64,000 bases of DNA from Dehalococcoidia bacterium (lineage in GTDB: Bacteria > Chloroflexota > Dehalococcoidia > GIF9 > UBA5629), in NCBI GenBank assembly GCA_050011565.1, contig JBEKIW010000006.1, positions 27,848 to 91,847 of the forward strand, written 5' to 3'. The notes beneath the pieces were generated by a model. The model saw nothing but the letters and a program-made list of their open reading frames with translations, had not been told where the DNA came from and made no database searches. Every line of letters begins with the position of its first letter. Positions within the stretch are counted from its first letter, which is position 1. The position numbers were made by a program, and so were the translations under genes. Of this stretch, positions 58,886 to 64,000 are shown in pieces.

Positions 58886-59968
58886 TCAGGTGGGACTCCA
58901 GGACGGCGTAGTCGGTAATCCTGTGGCTGACTGACCAGGGATTACTATAATATAAGCCGTCATAGTTGAACTGCTAGAACTGTTGGCTGCAGTAAGAGTG
59001 TACATAGTGCTCACATAGGGCGACACTGTTATCGTACCAGCCGAACATACTGTGCCAATACCCTGATCAATAGAAACTGATGTTGCTTGCATTACATCCC
59101 ATTTCAGAGTTGAAGGTTTCCCCGCGTCAACAATATGCGGATCCAAGGAAAAATCGTTAATAATAGGGGGGCCTGCCATTGCCACGGTTACTGTAGCTGT
59201 AGCAGTTGTTGAGCCAGCACTGTTAGCGGCAAAGAGATTGTAGGTAATATTTGTGGTGGGTGTTATTGACAGCGTTCCCTTAGAAGAGACAGTGCCTATA
59301 CCCTGATCGATAGTGACTGATGTTGCTCCCGTGATATTCCACTGTAATGTTGAACTTTGCCCTGCGGTAATACTACCCGGGTTTGCGATAAAACTAGTTA
59401 TAACCGGCAGACTCTGCGGGGTTACCATATTCGGGGTTACTATAACCGTGGCTGAGGAAGTTGTTGAACCAGCGTCATTAGTTGCATTAATGGTATACGT
59501 AGTGCTGGTGCTCGGGGCTACAGACTGTGTGCCGGCAGAAGACGTGGCGCCGATGCCTTGGTCTATCGAAACTGACTTTGCTCCGCCGACATCCCATTGC
59601 AAAGTTGCTGTTTGACTCTGCGTGATCGCCGAAGGGTTAACATCAAACGATTTCACTACAGGTGGCTTGAGCGTATTGAAGATAGCCCCATTTGCAGCAA
59701 GGGCAATTCCAACTATGATCAGCAAAATAAGCCCTGCTACTGGTAATGCAAAGCGTACCACCGACCTTTTCCTTTGAGGGGTGGTCCCTGAATAGTCAGA
59801 CATAGATTGATGCTGTTCGGGATACTGATGTCCGTATCGATTTTGGGATGAAGGCGGTGATCCCCTTTTTGATGCAGGCCAGTTTAGCTTCTTACCACAA
59901 TTAGGACAAAATTTTTGACCATAACCAACGAGCGCTGAACAGTAAGGGCAGGAATACATTTGTTGCAT
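58886..59968 (-). CDS. zinc-ribbon membrane protein with three extracellular Ig/PKD-like repeats
   Basis: CPYC...FCPNCG, one TM helix, three repeats of P.I.SF..NP..I..G..STL.W.V.GA.SV.IDQGIG. Confidence 0.82.
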   Translation of the reverse strand: MQQMYSCPYCSALVGYGQKFCPNCGKKLNWPASKRGSPPSSQNRYGHQYPEQHQSMSDYSGTTPQRKRSVVRFALPVAGLILLIIVGIALAANGAIFNTLKPPVVKSFDVNPSAITQSQTATLQWDVGGAKSVSIDQGIGATSSAGTQSVAPSTSTTYTINATNDAGSTTSSATVIVTPNMVTPQSLPVITSFIANPGSITAGQSSTLQWNITGATSVTIDQGIGTVSSKGTLSITPTTNITYNLFAANSAGSTTATATVTVAMAGPPIINDFSLDPHIVDAGKPSTLKWDVMQATSVSIDQGIGTVCSAGTITVSPYVSTMYTLTAANSSSSSTMTAYIIVIPGQSATGLPTTPSWSPT

Positions 59969-60328
59969 AAATACTATCTTCTTTTCTACGAACCAATACT
60001 CAACCTGCTTGCTTATATAATGTACATGTGAAAACTACCATTACATTGGATTATATCACTAAAAGACTAAATGACAATTTGAGCTATGGCATGCATGTTT
60101 TTCAACACGCAGGATTTGAGAACCATTCAGCAAATACAGGTTTAATTGCACATTCTAGCGTTTTGTGCACTATATAATGCGATGAATAGTTTATGTCATT
60201 AATTCACAATTGGGGTGGAGTGGTTGTCAATTCACTGCGCTGATGCGATGCTAACCGGTGCTCTGTCTGAGTGCTAGTACCTATTGAGATGGTTAACAAT
60301 CAGTCAGGAGAACGTGAATTGAAGGATA

Positions 60329-60357
60329 TTGACATAAACTGATCTAAAGGCTAGCAT
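60329..60357 (+). promoter_or_regulatory. sigma70-type promoter
   Basis: TTGACA-17 nt-TAGCAT upstream of 60450. Confidence 0.45.
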
Positions 60358-60449
60358 TTTAGTAGGGTCGATTTGTCTGAAACGACTTAACCACTACAGT
60401 TTTATTTGGACTGAATATGAGATTAACGAGATAGAAAACTCTATCCAAG

Positions 60450-61766
60450 ATGACTAAGCTATCAAAGGATTTTTACCTTGCCTCAACCGTAGGTGGTTTC
60501 GCGTTGGGATTTATTCTTACCATCGTCGGAAGCATGCTCTATTCTACAGGTTTGGTGGTGATTGGGTTACTTCTTATTCTGATTGCTATCCCTATGTACA
60601 TTTACAGCTTCGTTGTAGGGAGTCTGCTTGTCTACCGGATGTGGGAATCTATCCAGGACGGTTATGTCAGAGCTACTCCAGCTAAGGCTGTTGGGTTTCT
60701 TTTTGTTCCGTACTTTAACCTTTATTGGATATTTCAAGCATTATGGGGTTTTTCCAAGGACTGCAATCAGTATATCGATCGCCATCAAGTTACCGTTCGT
60801 AAACTACCTGAAGGACTTTCCCTGGCCTTTTGCATAGTGTCCCTTTTATCGTTTTTAGTACCGCCTATTATCGAAGTCCCGATAATTGGCGCCCTTATGA
60901 TAACAGGGATTTCCCTGGCCTTTTACATAGTGGCCTTTTTGTCGTTTTTAGTATTGCCGATTATCGCAGACTTGATAATTGGCGCCCTTCTGATAAATCG
61001 TGTCTGTGACACTGTAAATCAGTTGCCTCAACCAAGTAACATCGTGCCAAGGAGGCGTTCAGAGATGATTGGCAATAATAAATCTCTGCACAATTATCTT
61101 GCAAGACGATGGATACGTAGAGTTCCGGAATTACTTCTGTTTAATGTGTTTATGGGGATCGGCTTTCTAGTAGTAATTGCGTCGCCATTTATCCCGGTTA
61201 CAGCTACAACTGGTTGGGCTGCCTTCACATTAGCATTCATAAGAGCTACGAGCAATGTTCTCGCTATCATACTTCTTTCTTTTGTATATCTCGATCTTCT
61301 TGGATGGCGCGGTTTTTTGGCTGGAATACTAATGGGAATTGTCGTTTTGGTCTACAACTATAATGCAACTAGTCCCACAATTTACGTAACAGCGTGGTTA
61401 TTTTATATTATTTTCTGGGTATATATGAACATTGATTATATAAAATATAAAAGATTGGCGAAGGAAAGGATTGATGCCATCGCTGAAGAAGCCTCTCCTA
61501 GTATTGACCAAACACTTGAAAAAGGCATACTACAGCAGATCATTTTGAGACAAAACGAGCGCGCAATTGCGACTCTGAGACCTGTCCTGTCTGTGGAAGG
61601 AGGAGATGCTCTGCTTTGGTATCTCACCGGTGTTGCCTTTGCAAATATGAAAATGTATTCTGAGGCTTTGTCTGCATTTGATAAGGCCATGGAGGCTTCT
61701 CCCGATGCAAAAACAGTGAGTAAGATTAATAGAAGCCGACGCATTGCACGACGCAGAATGCGATGA
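60450..61766 (+). CDS. multi-pass membrane protein with C-terminal TPR
   Basis: TPAKAVGFLFVPYFNLYW motif, many TM segments, LWYLTGVAFANMKMYSEALSAFDKAMEASP TPR. Confidence 0.7.
   Translation: MTKLSKDFYLASTVGGFALGFILTIVGSMLYSTGLVVIGLLLILIAIPMYIYSFVVGSLLVYRMWESIQDGYVRATPAKAVGFLFVPYFNLYWIFQALWGFSKDCNQYIDRHQVTVRKLPEGLSLAFCIVSLLSFLVPPIIEVPIIGALMITGISLAFYIVAFLSFLVLPIIADLIIGALLINRVCDTVNQLPQPSNIVPRRRSEMIGNNKSLHNYLARRWIRRVPELLLFNVFMGIGFLVVIASPFIPVTATTGWAAFTLAFIRATSNVLAIILLSFVYLDLLGWRGFLAGILMGIVVLVYNYNATSPTIYVTAWLFYIIFWVYMNIDYIKYKRLAKERIDAIAEEASPSIDQTLEKGILQQIILRQNERAIATLRPVLSVEGGDALLWYLTGVAFANMKMYSEALSAFDKAMEASPDAKTVSKINRSRRIARRRMR
60813..60995 (+). repeat. 93-bp (31-aa) intragenic tandem duplication
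   Basis: TTTCCCTGGCCTTTT at 60817 and 60910; GLSLAFCIVSLLSFLVPPIIEVPIIGALMIT vs GISLAFYIVAFLSFLVLPIIADLIIGALLIN. Confidence 0.85.
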
Positions 61767-62025
61767 CAATCTTAAATAAGAAAATCTTTAATACATCTAG
61801 GTATCTCTCTATTTCTGACTCTCGTTCAATGACCATGTCCTGAACAAAAGTCCAGATTGTTCAGCGACTGAGATTTCGTTTTATGCTCTTCAATCGGAGG
61901 TTAAGGGATTAAAACTCCGTCATTCCGACCTGTGCAACGAACTTCTATATCCACCAAATAACCGATAGGCATAACTGAAAGTATGATCAGAAGTCATCAT
62001 ATTAGCCTGCATAAAACCACTATTA

Positions 62026-62916
62026 ATGACGATGTACTTTCTCCAGTTTGCAGGTAAACTTGATAATATGAGAAACCATGAATACGCTATAGCTAATACA
62101 ATATTACCAAATGCTAAAAAAGGGGGGCTGAGAAGGAAAGAAATACCGGTTGTCTTTGGTAGTCATGGCATAAGACTGCAAGGCAAAATCATGCTTCCTG
62201 AACGCGCAGATATCAATAATCCGGTTCCCGGTGCAGTTCTCTGTCATGGATTCGGTGCAGACTGTAACGTCATGGAGTCCAGCGCCTTACTCCTGGTAAA
62301 AAAGGGGATAGCTACTATCATCTTTGATATGCGTGGTCATGGTCTGAGCGGCGGCTATCTCGATGGTAAGTCCTATGAAGATGTCATTGATGCCTGGAGA
62401 ATTCTCACCAGTTTGCCTGAGATCGATAGTTCACACGTTGCCCTCATCGGTCATAGTCTTGGTGCTATGTCATCTATTCTAGCCACAAGAAAAATAAAGA
62501 AGCCGAAGGTAATAGTAGCTCTTTCATGTCCTTCTGAAATAGATGGAGCAGTGTTTAGAGATCCTTCTCACAAAGCCCACTCATTGGCTAGATGGTTAAT
62601 TACATGTGTTTGGAAACTTACTGTTTGGTTCAGCCGTCTGAAAGTAAGAGTTGATTGGGAAAAATTCCTGGAGTCGTGGCCTAAGATAAAACTCACGCCC
62701 ATACTTGCGGAACTTGGTGAATGTGCCAAACTCTTTGTCTTTAGCGCAAGCGATCGGTTATCCCCTTATAAAAGGTTCGCTCCATTTTATGAAAAAGCTC
62801 CCGGACCTAAGAAAACAATGTTGACCAGAGGGTCTCATGTAACTCCCATTGAAGCCGAGATTCTCCGTTTCGAGTGGGTTGGCTGGGCTGTGTCTGCGTT
62901 GACTCTTTCAAACTGA
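62026..62916 (+). CDS. alpha/beta hydrolase
   Basis: LCHGFG, FDMRGHGLSGG, GHSLG, D and GSH near the C-terminus. Start uncertain. Confidence 0.85.
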   Translation: MTMYFLQFAGKLDNMRNHEYAIANTILPNAKKGGLRRKEIPVVFGSHGIRLQGKIMLPERADINNPVPGAVLCHGFGADCNVMESSALLLVKKGIATIIFDMRGHGLSGGYLDGKSYEDVIDAWRILTSLPEIDSSHVALIGHSLGAMSSILATRKIKKPKVIVALSCPSEIDGAVFRDPSHKAHSLARWLITCVWKLTVWFSRLKVRVDWEKFLESWPKIKLTPILAELGECAKLFVFSASDRLSPYKRFAPFYEKAPGPKKTMLTRGSHVTPIEAEILRFEWVGWAVSALTLSN

Positions 62917-63357
62917 TTGCATTAACTGAACGTTTGCCTGTTTTGTGTAATGGGCTGCTCTCCGGATAGGCTGAAGCGAAGACGAGTTCTGTCTATTGTA
63001 CACTTAGGCCCACCATCCAATCAGGTAATATCATTACCACAAATTAGCTTCAATTCAAACCAAGAAGGTCTAGTTTTCTTATTTTTCCTTCGCAAAGGTG
63101 GTGATGTTATTACCTAAAATGACATAGCATATGGCACATGTGTCGTATGTCCAAAGGTTGTTCATAACATCCAGATATATGCTGAAGGAAGAGATGGGCA
63201 GCAGGCAGTACACGAGCATAGATAGAAGGCAAAATTCTAATAAACCGTTTTATTAGAATGTCACTGTCTACAACGATTGTTAATTTCCCGACGAAGCAAA
63301 TAGAATTCACCCAGACTTCCTTCTGGATAGTTGTAGCCGCCTTCGCCAAACGGGTCA

Positions 63358-63999
63358 TTACTTCAGAGACCTCTCGTGCCTCGCGAGGAGCTCTTCGCGG
63401 TTCTGACTTAGGTCCATTCCGGTCGATGCGGCGGGATAAGGTTGACTGCTCATCAACGCTGTCCAAAGGATGCGATTGTAGGTCGGGAAATCCATCTTGT
63501 CTGCGGAGGTAAAGTCCACCCCTTTCGTGACCTCTGCCCAGTATTCCGCGTCGTGCGTTGGCTTGGGCACGATCAGGCTGGCCGGCTTGGGAGGCAGCGG
63601 CAGTTTTGTATTGTAGAGAGCCGGTGAGGGAGCGGCGGTAAAGCTCCACTTGCTCGGCGTCGTGTTGAAGACATCAGCCATGGGTTTCCCGAGTGCGTCG
63701 TTCAGGTTCATCGGCGGGAGGCCCAGGACCATTTCTATCGTGCGCAAAAAGTCGATGGTGTTGTACTGCGTGGAGACCAGTGTACCCTGCTTCACATAAG
63801 CACCGGCGATGAACGCAGGGCTGCGATGCGAATCGACGTGATCAGGTCCATCCTGGGAGTCGTCTTCAATGACAAAGATCAGCGTGTTGTTGGCGTACTT
63901 GCTGTCTGCGATCTTTTGAATCAGCAGACCAACCGCATAGTCGTTGTCAGCTTGTTGCAGCTCCGGAGTATTCACGCCGTCAATTGCGGTGGCAAAGTT
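63358..63999 (-). CDS. phosphoesterase/alkaline-phosphatase-superfamily protein, C-terminal part (5'-partial)
   Basis: Frame is open to the window edge (NFATAIDGVNTPELQQADNDYAVG); FVIEDDSQDGPDHVDSHRS, LRTIE..LGLPPM..ND. Confidence 0.8.
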   Translation of the reverse strand, partial: NFATAIDGVNTPELQQADNDYAVGLLIQKIADSKYANNTLIFVIEDDSQDGPDHVDSHRSPAFIAGAYVKQGTLVSTQYNTIDFLRTIEMVLGLPPMNLNDALGKPMADVFNTTPSKWSFTAAPSPALYNTKLPLPPKPASLIVPKPTHDAEYWAEVTKGVDFTSADKMDFPTYNRILWTALMSSQPYPAASTGMDLSQNREELLARHERSLK

Positions 64000-64000
64000 T

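Larger units (their letters stand above)
47569..63300. mobile_element. genomic island integrated in comM (left junction ~47569; right end not identified, so the end coordinate is provisional)
   Basis: Interrupted comM, adjacent serine recombinase, visibly lower GC, long intergenic gaps and scattered single cargo genes. No comM 3' half was found in the window. Confidence 0.7.

Noticed and set aside
1412-61769. Numerous 60-180 aa ORFs antisense to or nested in the called genes
   Set aside because: They overlap well-supported genes, lack SDs and motifs, and have the Ser/Pro-rich composition typical of antisense frames.
63110-63649. 179-aa minus-strand ORF and overlapping plus-strand ORFs
   Set aside because: Alternate frames of the phosphoesterase gene crossing the composition break; no recognisable motifs.
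47570-64000. Right att site and 3' half of comM
   Set aside because: No GLPD-starting Mg-chelatase-like frame found by eye; presumably beyond the window or on another contig.

Overview
Bacterial chromosomal DNA from a likely anaerobe. Gene content and style suggest Dehalococcoidia/Chloroflexota, which is an inference. Bases 1-47.5 kb are core-like. They carry acyl-CoA catabolism (tandem-ATPase CoA activase, crotonase, three 3-hydroxyacyl-CoA dehydrogenase homologs, a fused CoA-transferase, two thiolase-family/DUF35 modules), dcd-ribD-ribE-ribBA-ribH, hypAB and a two-component system. They also carry two divergently transcribed [NiFe]-hydrogenase operons. One is MvhDGA preceded by a GltD-like flavoprotein with an HdrA-type ferredoxin tail. 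The other is a HydC-HydB-HydA-HoxY-HoxH-like cluster whose NuoF-like subunit is fused to a second GltD-like module. FeS/Mo accessory genes, pcm, an atypical XerD, uvrC and a PncC-Nudix fusion follow. At about 47,569 a comM/yifB gene is cut after 34 codons by an integrated, more AT-rich island. Its left end has a large serine recombinase (one in-frame TAA, and its own stop codon lies inside the host comM sequence), a 77-aa Cys-rich ORF, a probably leaderless MerR-type HTH gene and an array of about 20 helically phased 10-bp repeats. Cargo genes follow; the right end of the island is not visible. The last ~0.65 kb is a markedly GC-richer phosphoesterase fragment. No rRNA, tRNA or CRISPR array was seen. 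All calls come from reading motifs by eye; no searches were run.
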